Below, piece after piece: positions 38,395 to 48,519 of a DNA stretch of 64,000 nucleotides. The translations under genes were made by a program, and so were the position numbers. The DNA comes from Clostridiales bacterium (GTDB lineage Bacteria > Bacillota > Clostridia > Lachnospirales > JAQSXR01), in assembly GCA_029256575.1 (NCBI GenBank), contig JAQSXR010000012.1, forward strand, positions 908 to 64,907, read 5' to 3'. Position 1 is the stretch's first letter, and each line of letters begins with the position of its first letter. The notes below the pieces were generated by a model that was not told the DNA's origin, made no database searches, and saw nothing but the letters and a program-made list of their open reading frames with translations.

Positions 38395-39174
38395 TTATAA
38401 AAAATAACCTAATTGATAAGATACTTTTTTTGCAACTTCTGTAATTTGACTAATCAATGTAGGCAACCTTTCTTGCGTAATATGAATAGTCGGACCAGCT
38501 ATACTAATTGATGCTACTACTTTATTATTACGATCGTAAATTGGTGCAGCTACACATCGAATTCCTTCTTCGTGTTCTATTTCATCAAATCCATATCCTT
38601 GTTTCTTAATTGTTTGTAATTCAATTTCTAAATCATGATAATTATCAATTGTATTCGCAGTATATTTGTACATATCTTCTTCTTTTAAAATCTCTTTTAC
38701 TCGATTAAATTCCATGTCACATAATAAAGCTTTCCCAACACCTGTACAGTGTAGTGGTACCCGTTTACCAATTTGAGAATAAACACACAAATTACTATGA
38801 TGGGTAGTCTCAACCTTATCAATATATATTGCTTCTTCACCATCTAAAACAGCTAAATGAACTATTTCTCCGGTTACCTGAGATAGTTCTTGTATATAAG
38901 GTTTTGCAATATTTCTTAAATCCATAGAATCTAATAGTGCACTTGCTAACAATAAAATTCTACTTCCTAGTAGATAGTTATTTGTAACAATATCCTGTTT
39001 AACATATCCTCTATTTAATAGAGATGTTAATAAACGATGCGTTGTACTTTTATGAAGGGACAACTCATTGGATAACATAGTAACTCCACAACCATTTTTA
39101 TGTCTCGCCAATTCTTCTAAAATCATAAAGGTACGATCTACAGATTGTACAGCACCTTCTTTGATTTCTATCAT
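38395..39174 (-). CDS. IclR-family transcriptional regulator (KdgR-like)
   Basis: N-terminal wHTH (SVDRTFMILEEL) plus an IclR effector domain (GVGKALL; AGP..). Confidence 0.9.
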   Translation of the reverse strand: MIEIKEGAVQSVDRTFMILEELARHKNGCGVTMLSNELSLHKSTTHRLLTSLLNRGYVKQDIVTNNYLLGSRILLLASALLDSMDLRNIAKPYIQELSQVTGEIVHLAVLDGEEAIYIDKVETTHHSNLCVYSQIGKRVPLHCTGVGKALLCDMEFNRVKEILKEEDMYKYTANTIDNYHDLEIELQTIKKQGYGFDEIEHEEGIRCVAAPIYDRNNKVVASISIAGPTIHITQERLPTLISQITEVAKKVSYQLGYFL

Positions 39175-39465
39175 CTTATCCCCCCTGACACTTGCAATAG
39201 TAATATTCTATAAAAAATAAACTATTTCAATACTTTTTTTGTTAACTTTTATTATATTTTGATTATAAAACTATTTAATGTAAAAGTCTACTGGTAAATC
39301 TTATAACAATATAACATAATAACTTGATTCTCGTAAGCATCTTGCTTTGCATAGATATTAACTTATGGTGACATAATATCTCGTACAAAATATTCAACTA
39401 TTAACTTACTTTAATCATTATTTACATTTTTTTGCTATCTAACATGCACTTAGGAGGAAAAGATT

Positions 39466-40623
39466 ATGAGAAAACTAAAGAACTCATGGAATAAATTAAG
39501 TTTAGTAAAACAAATAATAATTGGATTGATAATAGGTATAATCTTAGCTGTAACCATTCCGGAAACAGCAAAACCTATTACAATTTTAGGTTCATTATTT
39601 GTCGGTGCTTTAAAGTCAATTGCTCCTATATTAGTCTTTTTCTTAGTAATGTCTGCAATCTCTCAACACAAAAGTGGTCATCAAACTAATATGAAATCTA
39701 TTATAGTACTATATCTTTTTGGAACATTTATAGCAAGTCTCGTTGCTGTTATTGCTAGTTTTTTATTCCCTGTAAATTTAATTCTTGAGGCAAGTGCTGA
39801 GAATGTATCTCCACCTGGAGGTGTCGTAGAAGTTCTTAAAGTACTATTATTAAACATTGTAGACAACCCCATAAGAGCATTATATAACGCAAATTATATT
39901 GGTATATTATCTTGGGCAATACTCCTTGGTTATGCTTTAAGGGAAGTGCCATCTACTACTAAAATAATGCTTGTTAATTTCTCAGATGCAGTTTCCACAA
40001 TAGTAAAGTGGATTATTAATTTAGCTCCTTTAGGAATTTTGGGGCTAGTATTTGAAGCAATTGCAACCAATGGAATTTCATCCTTATTAAGTTATGGAAA
40101 ATTACTTATCGTTCTTATTAGTTGTATGCTATTTGTCGCACTTGTCATAAATCCAATTATAGTATATATCTATATCCATAAGAACCCCTTCCCACTTGTA
40201 CTCAAATGTCTTAAGGAAAGTGGAATTACTGCTTTCTTTACAAGAAGCTCAGCAGCAAATATTCCTGTAAATATTAGATTATGTGAAAAATTAGGATTAG
40301 ATAAGGATACTTATACCGTATCCATTCCATTAGGAGCGACCATCAATATGGCTGGTGCTGCTGTAACGATATCTGTATTAACTCTTGCTGCTACGAATAC
40401 CCTAAACATCCAAGTAGACTTTGGAACTGCGTTTATCCTTAGTTTAGTGGCCGCAATAAGTGCTTGTGGGGCATCAGGCGTAGCCGGAGGATCATTATTA
40501 TTAGTCCCTTTAGCATGTAGCTTATTCGGTATACCAAATGAAATTGCAATGAAAGTCGTTAGTGTAGGTTTTATCATTGGTGTTTTACAGGATTCCTTTG
40601 AAACAATTTGCTCGTTGGAATAA
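39466..40623 (+). CDS. sstT: serine/threonine transporter SstT (DAACS family), C-terminally shortened
   Basis: Colinear with SstT ([36 protein letters not shown]) but ends 10 residues after VLQDS. Remembered homologues continue for about 25-35 aa more. Confidence 0.8.
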   Translation: MRKLKNSWNKLSLVKQIIIGLIIGIILAVTIPETAKPITILGSLFVGALKSIAPILVFFLVMSAISQHKSGHQTNMKSIIVLYLFGTFIASLVAVIASFLFPVNLILEASAENVSPPGGVVEVLKVLLLNIVDNPIRALYNANYIGILSWAILLGYALREVPSTTKIMLVNFSDAVSTIVKWIINLAPLGILGLVFEAIATNGISSLLSYGKLLIVLISCMLFVALVINPIIVYIYIHKNPFPLVLKCLKESGITAFFTRSSAANIPVNIRLCEKLGLDKDTYTVSIPLGATINMAGAAVTISVLTLAATNTLNIQVDFGTAFILSLVAAISACGASGVAGGSLLLVPLACSLFGIPNEIAMKVVSVGFIIGVLQDSFETICSLE

Positions 40624-40798
40624 AGAGGGGAAAGAAATAATAATCAGAAAATAATATTTTATTTTATTCTATTGCTAATGATTCTGTTACAAGACAGGTT
40701 CTTGTTTGATGTGTAATTGACATATTCACTGTTCTGGATAATAATATAATATACGGATTAATAATAGTTTTAAATTATATATATCAAGGGAGACGAAT

Positions 40799-41823
40799 AT
40801 GGATACTTCAAAAGTATATTTTACAGATTTTAGTGCAACCGCAAATTGTAATTTATTACAAAAACTTGAAAAGTTAGTGAAAAAGGCAAGAATAGAAACA
40901 ATCGATTTTAATAACAAATTTACAGCAATAAAAATTCACTTTGGTGAACCAGGCAATATTTCTTATTTACGTCCTAATTATGCTAAGGTCTAGATCATCT
41001 TGACTCCGCATATGAAAATGGGTTTAATCCTTTTGCTACTGATTGTCATGTGATTATTGCCGATGGATTAAAGGGAACGGATGAAGCTTTAGTTCCGATT
41101 CAAGGTGATTATGTAAAAGAAGCAAAAATTGGACGTGCAATAATGGATGCGGATATTTTTATTTCTTTAACTCACTTTAAAGGGCATGAATCTACTGGTT
41201 TTGGTGGAGCTCTAAAAAATATTGGTATGGGTTGCGGTTCACGCGCAGGCAAGATGGAGATGCATAATTCAGGTAAGCCGAATGTTGATACTGATTACTG
41301 TAAAAGCTGTGGTGTTTGCATAAAAAACTGTGCTCATAGTGCCATCACATTTAACGAAAATAACAAAGCTGGTATCGATCATAATTTATGTGTTGGTTGT
41401 GGACGATGTATTGGAGCTTGTAATTATGATGCTGTAAACCCATGGGGTGATCAAGCAAACGACCTTTTAAACTATAAAATAGCAGAGTATACATACGCTG
41501 TTGTGAAGGAACGTCCACATTTTCACATTAGTTTAGTAGTAGATGTCTCACCGAACTGCGACTGTCACTCTGAAAATGATGTTCCACTTGTTCCAAATGT
41601 AGGTATGTTTGCCTCTTTTGATCCAGTCGCACTAGATGTTGCCTGCGCTGATGCAGTTAATGGTCAACCTATTATCAGTAATAGTGCTCTTGCAAGAATG
41701 AAACATACTCATAACGATCACTTTACAAACTTACATCCAGACACCAACTGGAAGAGTTGTATTGATCATGCAGTAAAGATCGGGCTTGGAAATAAGGAAT
41801 ATGAATTAATAACGATTAAATAG
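40799..41823 (+). pseudogene. DUF362 plus 2x[4Fe-4S] protein gene disrupted by an internal frameshifting deletion
   Basis: The N-terminal 64 codons (40799..40993) and the C-terminal part (in frame from about 40986, track ORF 41050..41823) are the two halves of one family, in different frames. A stop follows ..RPNYAKV. Confidence 0.7.
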
Positions 41824-41870
41824 AAGATGTATTAGTAATGATTCATAATGATTATTTTAATATTAATAAA

Positions 41871-41903
41871 AAGGGCTTGCATCAACACTAGATGCAAGCC
41901 CTT
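41871..41903. terminator. bidirectional terminator
   Basis: AAGGGCTTGCATC / GATGCAAGCCCTT flanked by an A-run and a T-run. Confidence 0.8.
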
Positions 41904-41936
41904 TTCAACAATTAGACGAAGGGGCCTAGTAATACA

Positions 41937-42791
41937 TTAGTTCGTTTCCCTTGTATAATTATATTCAATTTCAATTTGATCTCCGACAAAGTACACTTGA
42001 TCGCCTTCTTTGTAATGCCATAATGCTTTTAAAACGGTTGGTATTTTTATACCGTTGCTTTCTTTATAATCACTACATATCGCTGTCCAACTTACGTTAT
42101 TTGACGTTCCATCCGTTTCTGTTGCTACTCTGTCATCTGTTGTGAATGATATCATTTCCCCTTTATCACTAAAAGTAAAGATACCACTTGCAGAGATGTC
42201 ATAATAAGATATTGTAGCTTTTGCATGGGTTTCATCAATCCCTTCCCATGTAATGTAATCTTGTAAAATAACAGTTGGAATGATAAAACACTCTGCTAAA
42301 AAGGTTACTAAACTTGCCTTATTCATAGTTTCACCTCTTTGGTCAAACAGAGTATAGGACTTTGCAAGAACTCCCTTCATGCTTCCAACTCCATCAATGT
42401 ATGAATCAAATCCTTGAAATGGAATACCAAACAACGAACTGTCTATTAAGGCAATTCTATCTGGTTTATTAACAAAATTATATTGTGTATATTCAATCAA
42501 GAGTGTCGGTTTATCCTTCCCTAATTTAAAAGTAACATTTTTGAACGTCGCTTTCATGTAGGTCATTTTTCTACTTCCGATAAATCCACAATAATTAAAA
42601 TATTTCTTAACTGGGGCTGGTAATCCTTTTATTTCTTCTACTGTAAAAACATCATTTGTTCCCTTGGTTTTATTCCTCAACATAATTGATGCACGATTAA
42701 ATTCAGTTTTTGTTTTAGAATATGAAATGTTAAAAAATAAAATTACACTTAATACGACAACAGCTACGATCCCTAATATAATCCATATCAT
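41937..42791 (-). CDS. hypothetical N-terminally membrane-anchored protein (284 aa)
   Basis: Single N-terminal TM. Last gene of the ABC-RR-HK operon. Family not assigned. Confidence 0.65.
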   Translation of the reverse strand: MIWIILGIVAVVVLSVILFFNISYSKTKTEFNRASIMLRNKTKGTNDVFTVEEIKGLPAPVKKYFNYCGFIGSRKMTYMKATFKNVTFKLGKDKPTLLIEYTQYNFVNKPDRIALIDSSLFGIPFQGFDSYIDGVGSMKGVLAKSYTLFDQRGETMNKASLVTFLAECFIIPTVILQDYITWEGIDETHAKATISYYDISASGIFTFSDKGEMISFTTDDRVATETDGTSNNVSWTAICSDYKESNGIKIPTVLKALWHYKEGDQVYFVGDQIEIEYNYTRETN

Positions 42792-42821
42792 TTTTTCTCA
42801 CCCTTTATTTTTATTTTCATG

Positions 42822-43883
42822 TTATTTAAGCTCAACAATAAACGTACTCCCTTTTCCCAACCTACTATTAAAATACACTTTTCCATTCGACATTTCAACT
42901 ATTTCTTTCACAATTACAAGTCCTAATCCATTACCACTTGTTGATCTTGATTTATCACTCTTATAAAATCGTTCAAAAATATGCTCTTTATCATCATCTG
43001 CTATTCCCATACCATTATCGGAAATCTCAACTTTTACAATTTCTCCATCTCGATATAGATTCACTTTTATAATACCTTTTTGATTTGAGAATTTAATTGC
43101 ATTTGAAATTAAATTTAGCCATACCTCTTGTAGAAGATGTTCGTTCCCTAAAATCAATATTTCCTCAATATTAATATCCAATTCAATATCTTTTTTTGAC
43201 CACTGTGCTTCAAGTATTAGGATTGTTTTCCTAATTTGTTCATCCAGTGAAAATAATTTTGACTGTTCACGAATTACTCTACTATCAAGTTCGGAAAGCT
43301 TTAATAGATTTGAAGAAAGCTTAGATAGCCTCTCACTTTCATTTACTATAATTTCACTGTATTCTAATAACTGCTCCTTTGATAACTTGCCATCTCTTAT
43401 TAACTTCGCAAAGCCTTTTATTGATGTAATTGGTGTTTTAAATTCGTGTGATACATTCGAAACAAAATCCTTACGTAAATAATCGATATATTTAAGTTCT
43501 TTTGTCATCAAGTTGAAATCTGCTGTTAATTGACCGATTTCATCTTCACTTTTATTTTGTACCTCGATATCAAAATTTCCCTTCGCTACTTCTTTAGAAG
43601 CTTTTGATAGTTGTTTGATTGGTTTCACTATTCCTCGCACTGCGATTAATATAATAACGGTACCTACAATTGCACTACAAAGAAAAGTTATAGCTACCCT
43701 ATTTCTTATATTATGAAAACCAATATAAAGCTCATAACTATCAATTGGTAAACTAGACAATACATTATTCGAAATAACACTAAGTATAACTCCAAAAGTC
43801 AATGAGTTTAAAAACCACCAAATCCCTAAAAATATAATCGCAAATCGCGCATAAATAGATTTAAAAATGAATCTTTTTTTCAT
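42822..43883 (-). CDS. sensor histidine kinase (two TM, HAMP, HisKA, HATPase)
   Basis: H-box SHEFKTP, N-box LISNAIKFS, and G-boxes DNGMGI and GNGLGL. 4-nt overlap with the RR gene. Confidence 0.9.
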   Translation of the reverse strand: MKKRFIFKSIYARFAIIFLGIWWFLNSLTFGVILSVISNNVLSSLPIDSYELYIGFHNIRNRVAITFLCSAIVGTVIILIAVRGIVKPIKQLSKASKEVAKGNFDIEVQNKSEDEIGQLTADFNLMTKELKYIDYLRKDFVSNVSHEFKTPITSIKGFAKLIRDGKLSKEQLLEYSEIIVNESERLSKLSSNLLKLSELDSRVIREQSKLFSLDEQIRKTILILEAQWSKKDIELDINIEEILILGNEHLLQEVWLNLISNAIKFSNQKGIIKVNLYRDGEIVKVEISDNGMGIADDDKEHIFERFYKSDKSRSTSGNGLGLVIVKEIVEMSNGKVYFNSRLGKGSTFIVELK

Positions 43884-44554
43884 ATGAATTTTTCCACCTT
43901 ATACCCTAGCCCTCTAACTGTAATTATCTTAAACTCCTCAAGTCTATCAATTTTTTCCCTTAGACGTTTTATGTGAACATCAACTGTTCGTTCTTCTGTT
44001 TCGTTATCAAATCCCCATATTTCATCCATAAGATCTTTTCTTGTAAATATTTTACGAGGATAGCTAAGGAGCTTAAATAATAAATAAAATTCTTTTTTGG
44101 GCAAAATAATCTCTTCTGTATTAGTGGTAACTGATAATGTATCATAATCAAGTGTTACATCTCCAACAATTATTTTATGTTCGTTTGATATCTTAGCCCG
44201 TCTTAGCAGTGCTGCTACTCTTAACAGCATTTCATCGAAATCAATTGGCTTCACCATATAATCGTCGGTACCAACCATAAATCCTTTCCTCTTATCTTCT
44301 ATGCTTTCTTTTGCGGTAATCATAAGTATTGGAAAATTATATTTTGATATCCTTAATTCATTTGTTAATGTATAGCCATCCATATTTGGCATCATAATAT
44401 CGGCAATCATAAGATCAATATGTTTTATCTCTATGATATCCAACGCCTCTAAACCATCTGAGGCGGCGAGAACATTATATCCGTCTCGTACAAGATAAGT
44501 AGTCATAAGCTTACGAATACTATCATTATCATCAACAACTAAAATATTAAACAT
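43880..44554 (-). CDS. OmpR-family response regulator
   Basis: ILVVDDN, IADIMMPNMDG and VKPI motifs; winged helix RGLGYK. ATG 44554 is preceded by GGAGGTGG. Confidence 0.9.
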   Translation of the reverse strand: MFNILVVDDNDSIRKLMTTYLVRDGYNVLAASDGLEALDIIEIKHIDLMIADIMMPNMDGYTLTNELRISKYNFPILMITAKESIEDKRKGFMVGTDDYMVKPIDFDEMLLRVAALLRRAKISNEHKIIVGDVTLDYDTLSVTTNTEEIILPKKEFYLLFKLLSYPRKIFTRKDLMDEIWGFDNETEERTVDVHIKRLREKIDRLEEFKIITVRGLGYKVEKFI

Positions 44555-44579
44555 TTTGCCACCTCCATTTATCATAATT

Positions 44580-46952
44580 TTATTCAGTTCGTAATGCAAC
44601 TACTGGATCTTTCTTAGCCGCCATTCTAGATGGAAAAAGTCCTGCAATAAAGGTAAGTCCCATACTTCCAAGTATTAGAACAAACGCAGATAGGATTGAT
44701 AAATCAGCAATTCCCTTGATATCTACAAGATTTTCTATAACTGAATTGATTGGTAATGTAAGTAAATATGAGATTCCTACTCCAAGAATTCCAGCCGCAA
44801 ACCCTATAATCAATGTCTCAGCATTAAACACTCTTGAAATATCTTTCTTTCTTGCACCAACACTACGTAATATTCCAATTTCTTTTGTCCGTTCAATTAC
44901 TGATACATAGGTAATAATACCTATCATAATAGTAGAAACCAAAAGTGAAATCGCTGCAAACCCGATAAGTACATAGGAAATTGTATTTATCAATGTTCCA
45001 ATCATGCTTGTGATCATTTCAGCAAGGTCAGAATAAATTATTTGATCTTCTGTTGCTTTTCCGGCATTGTATTTATCCAAATACTCCTTTATATTATCTT
45101 TGCTAGCAAAATCTTTCGGATAAATATTAATACTAGTTGGAGTTGTTATCGCTCCAAGGCTAATCATTCTTTGTTCTTTGGCTTTTGCATCTGCAAAAGG
45201 TATATTTAAGATTACATCGTGTTCTACTTTCGCTTGTTCAATTGCAATCTCTGATTTTTGTGCATCTTCTACAATATAATCGGTTAGGGACGTCGTATAT
45301 ATAATACCTGGAGACAAATAGCTACTCGCTGCTCCATCTTTAAGCCTTAATACTCCCGTAATAGTAAGGTTTAGTCCCTCATTATTATTATAAAGTTTAT
45401 CATATTCTGTAGAATTTGCAGGTATAAAATTACCATTTATATCTTTTGTATAGAAGTTGTTATTCGGAATAACCTTAAGCATTGTCTTACCGATAAAATC
45501 AGTAATTTTATATTCATCTGATTGGGTAAAAATACCTAGCTTCTGAAATAATGCTTCATCTATTCTATTGTATTCATCTACAACAAGCACCACTTCATTC
45601 ATCGTTTCAGGCAAACGACTACCATCCCCTACTAGATCATACAGTGAAAGAATGAACTCTGAATTATCAGGCATTTCTTGCCAATATGACGAATTAATCA
45701 TTTGAGGCATATTTCCAAAACTCGCGGTAGATGTTGCATATTTAACAACAGAGGATTCCCCTTTTGCTAATAAATTGATATCCACGCCGCGTGCATAGGA
45801 AATTGTATTAATAGCGTTCGGAAGTTTCGCTTCCAGTTCAGATATATAGTTCAAATAATCTGGTGTTAATATATTCGTATGTCTTGTTGTATTAGAACTG
45901 CTGTCATAGCGATAAATCACATCATCACTCGTAAACTTCTCAAACCCCGTTTCATCCTTATCATTTCCCATATGTGGTCTCTCATTGAAATCTATACTCT
46001 GTTCTCCTGTACTTATCGATATTGGGAATCCTGATAGTGCCTCTGACTGCATGTTGCCTATATAACCTGTCAAGCCATTTGACAAAGCAAGTACTAATGC
46101 GACACCAATAATTCCTATACTTCCCGCTAGTGCTGTAATAATGGTTCTACCTTTTTTCGTTAGTAAATTCTTGAAGGATAAAGATGTTGCTGTGGATAAT
46201 GACATCGATGTCTTCTTAAGTTTTACTTTCTTGGTATTAACTATTTCTTGCGCTTTCGTTTTTTCCTCTATTACTGGATTGCTATCTTCTTGCACTTCAC
46301 CGTCTAGTAAACGAATAACTCTACTACTATATTCATCTGCCATTTCTGCGTTATGCGTAACCATAATTACAAGTCGCGTTTTTGATACTTCTTTTAGTAT
46401 TTCCATAATTCGAACACTCGTATGACTATCGAGTGCACCTGTTGGCTCATCAGCAAGAATGATATCAGGATTATTCACAAGCGCACGCGCTATTGCAACC
46501 CTTTGCATTTGACCGCCAGATAATTGATTCGGTTTCTTTTTCATTTGGTCTTCAAGGTGAACGGCTATTAAGGCTTCCTTTGCACGCCTTTTTCTCTCTG
46601 CAAGCGGTACCCCTGATAATGTCATAGCAATTTCAACGTTTTGCAACACCGTTTGATGTGAAATCAGGTTATAGTTTTGAAATACAAATCCGATGGAGCG
46701 GTTTCTATACGCATCCCAATCTTTATCCTTATATGATTTTGTAGACATGTCATTAATGATTAGATCTCCTTTATCATAACGATCAAGTCCACCAACAATA
46801 TTAAGTAGTGTTGTTTTCCCACAGCCTGATGGACCTAAGATTGAAACAAACTCACTTTCTCTAAATTCTAGAGATACCCCTTTTAGGGCTTCAACAGTTG
46901 TATTTCCTGCTTTATAGCTCTTTTTGATATCATTTAATTTTAATTTTGACAT
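44580..46952 (-). CDS. fused ABC ATPase plus FtsX/MacB-type permease
   Basis: Walker A GPSGCGKTT, LSGGQMQR and ILADEPTGALD, then a TM, a large extracytoplasmic domain, and a C-terminal FtsX four-helix bundle. Confidence 0.9.
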   Translation of the reverse strand: MSKLKLNDIKKSYKAGNTTVEALKGVSLEFRESEFVSILGPSGCGKTTLLNIVGGLDRYDKGDLIINDMSTKSYKDKDWDAYRNRSIGFVFQNYNLISHQTVLQNVEIAMTLSGVPLAERKRRAKEALIAVHLEDQMKKKPNQLSGGQMQRVAIARALVNNPDIILADEPTGALDSHTSVRIMEILKEVSKTRLVIMVTHNAEMADEYSSRVIRLLDGEVQEDSNPVIEEKTKAQEIVNTKKVKLKKTSMSLSTATSLSFKNLLTKKGRTIITALAGSIGIIGVALVLALSNGLTGYIGNMQSEALSGFPISISTGEQSIDFNERPHMGNDKDETGFEKFTSDDVIYRYDSSSNTTRHTNILTPDYLNYISELEAKLPNAINTISYARGVDINLLAKGESSVVKYATSTASFGNMPQMINSSYWQEMPDNSEFILSLYDLVGDGSRLPETMNEVVLVVDEYNRIDEALFQKLGIFTQSDEYKITDFIGKTMLKVIPNNNFYTKDINGNFIPANSTEYDKLYNNNEGLNLTITGVLRLKDGAASSYLSPGIIYTTSLTDYIVEDAQKSEIAIEQAKVEHDVILNIPFADAKAKEQRMISLGAITTPTSINIYPKDFASKDNIKEYLDKYNAGKATEDQIIYSDLAEMITSMIGTLINTISYVLIGFAAISLLVSTIMIGIITYVSVIERTKEIGILRSVGARKKDISRVFNAETLIIGFAAGILGVGISYLLTLPINSVIENLVDIKGIADLSILSAFVLILGSMGLTFIAGLFPSRMAAKKDPVVALRTE

Positions 46953-47220
46953 TAAATCGACTCCTTTTTATTTTACGATAGGCATATGGTAACAGTCGTT
47001 TATGAATTCAGCGTGAACTACTATGCAACATAAATCCATTTAATAAATAAACTTCTACATCAGTTTTCCGAATTTTCTGCTTGTCCAATATTCTTACACA
47101 TCTTATTAAGCCTTATTGACTTCAAATATATTCTTGGATATATATATACCTACTAATCTGATTTATTTTATATTCTACTTATTATACAATTGTTTTTGAA
47201 AAAATCAAGAAACCAACTTA

Positions 47221-47271
47221 TCTCCCCTCATGCAGTTTCACTTTGTATACAAAGTAATTGATGAGGGGAGA
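47221..47271 (-). terminator. terminator of the Cys-rich gene pair
   Basis: 11-bp GC-rich stem TCTCCCCTCAT / ATGAGGGGAGA with a long loop containing a second palindrome. Confidence 0.6.
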
Positions 47272-47311
47272 TAATTAGTTTATACTATTATTTCAACAAT
47301 GGTTTGAAGTA

Positions 47312-48136
47312 TTATAATACTTCATCCCCATTTCCATTACAATTTGTACAGATATCTTCATTTGAAACTTCTCCGCATTCAACAAATGGAGCACCAGCTC
47401 TTGTATTTGCTCCAAAGAAAACAGGTACCTCTACACAAATCCTTTGCGTAATGATAAAGGCGCAAGCTCTATTTGGTACACCATCACATGGTTCATCAAT
47501 TGGAGTAATAATAGGTTCTCCACAACAATGCGTTACTGTAGGGCCTGTTCTTACAAAAGGTCTTACGCTTACTGGAACACATACCGTTGCTCGTTGGTAA
47601 ACAGTTGATTCACAATTGTTATTATCTCCATTGCATACTGGACCGCATATAGATAACCCAGTTCTTGTTACCCCTCCACCAAATAAACATACTGGATTTG
47701 GGCCAATTGGATAAGTTACCGTAAGTTCATAGCAGATAAGCATCTCACCTTCTACTTTATCTAATCCAAAATCAAATTTCAATCCTGGACATCCTGTGGT
47801 TGGATCTGGAGAAAGTTCCGTACGTAACTCTACATTTCCATCTGGACCGAATTCAACATCTTGTTCTTCTCCATCAATTACTACCGTTATATTTGTTATC
47901 TGTGATGCTGGTATTTGGTTACAAATACCCAAAACAAAATGACTAAGGTCTCTAAAAGTATCATTATCTAACCCTATTCCAGAAACCCTATAGCAAAATC
48001 TTTGATTTTGTCCCGGAGCTGGATTTAAATTAGAAAGATTAGTATCTAACACGAAACGAAATGGTAATATTGGGGTGCCTGCTACCTCTGCATAATTGAT
48101 ACTTAAATTACAGGCTGTTTGTGCTATATTTAACAT
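47312..48136 (-). CDS. cysteine-rich protein, large paralogue (unique N-domain plus shared C-terminal Cys domain)
   Basis: SD AGGAG. ATG overlaps the upstream stop by 7 nt. The C-terminal about 95 aa are homologous to the 119-aa neighbour and include an identical ECGEVSNEDICT block. Confidence 0.8.
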   Translation of the reverse strand: MLNIAQTACNLSINYAEVAGTPILPFRFVLDTNLSNLNPAPGQNQRFCYRVSGIGLDNDTFRDLSHFVLGICNQIPASQITNITVVIDGEEQDVEFGPDGNVELRTELSPDPTTGCPGLKFDFGLDKVEGEMLICYELTVTYPIGPNPVCLFGGGVTRTGLSICGPVCNGDNNNCESTVYQRATVCVPVSVRPFVRTGPTVTHCCGEPIITPIDEPCDGVPNRACAFIITQRICVEVPVFFGANTRAGAPFVECGEVSNEDICTNCNGNGDEVL

Positions 48137-48489
48137 AATGAAACGCTCCTATCTATTTCATCACAATCCGTACATATATCTTCATTAGAAACTTCTCCAC
48201 ATTCAACAAATGGTCTTCCAACTCTTGATCTAGCCCCAAATTCTACTGGAACTTCGATACAAATGTCTTGCGTTAATGTAAATGAACATCTTCCATTTAA
48301 GGTACCTGCACAAGTTGCTCCCTCGTTAGTAACAATTGGTTCGCCACAGCAAATCGTGGTAGGTATTCCAGCAATAGCATAAGGTCTAACTCTTACTGGA
48401 ACACAAACGGTTGCTGATTGATATGCAGTAGCTGGACACGTTTGATTCTCTACTTGTAAAATTGATACTTGATTAGATAAACTTTTCAT
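48130..48489 (-). CDS. cysteine-rich protein, small paralogue (119 aa, 11 Cys)
   Basis: SD AAAGGGA. Pattern C-x10-C-x17-CC-x11-C-x7-C-x8-C-x19-C-x8-C-x2-C. No signal peptide. Confidence 0.8.
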   Translation of the reverse strand: MKSLSNQVSILQVENQTCPATAYQSATVCVPVRVRPYAIAGIPTTICCGEPIVTNEGATCAGTLNGRCSFTLTQDICIEVPVEFGARSRVGRPFVECGEVSNEDICTDCDEIDRSVSLC

Positions 48490-48519
48490 ATATTTTCCCT
48501 TTCTTTATATTTGATAATA

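Noticed and set aside
39175-39465. Looked for a Ser/Thr T-box leader upstream of sstT.
   Set aside because: No T-box core (..GGTGGNACCRCG..) or specifier-loop architecture is visible. The region is featureless AT-rich DNA.
40985-40995. TCTAGA (XbaI) palindrome exactly at the DUF362 deletion junction, as a sign of engineering.
   Set aside because: A single 6-bp palindrome in AT-rich DNA is expected by chance, and there are no vector, scar (FRT/lox) or marker sequences nearby.
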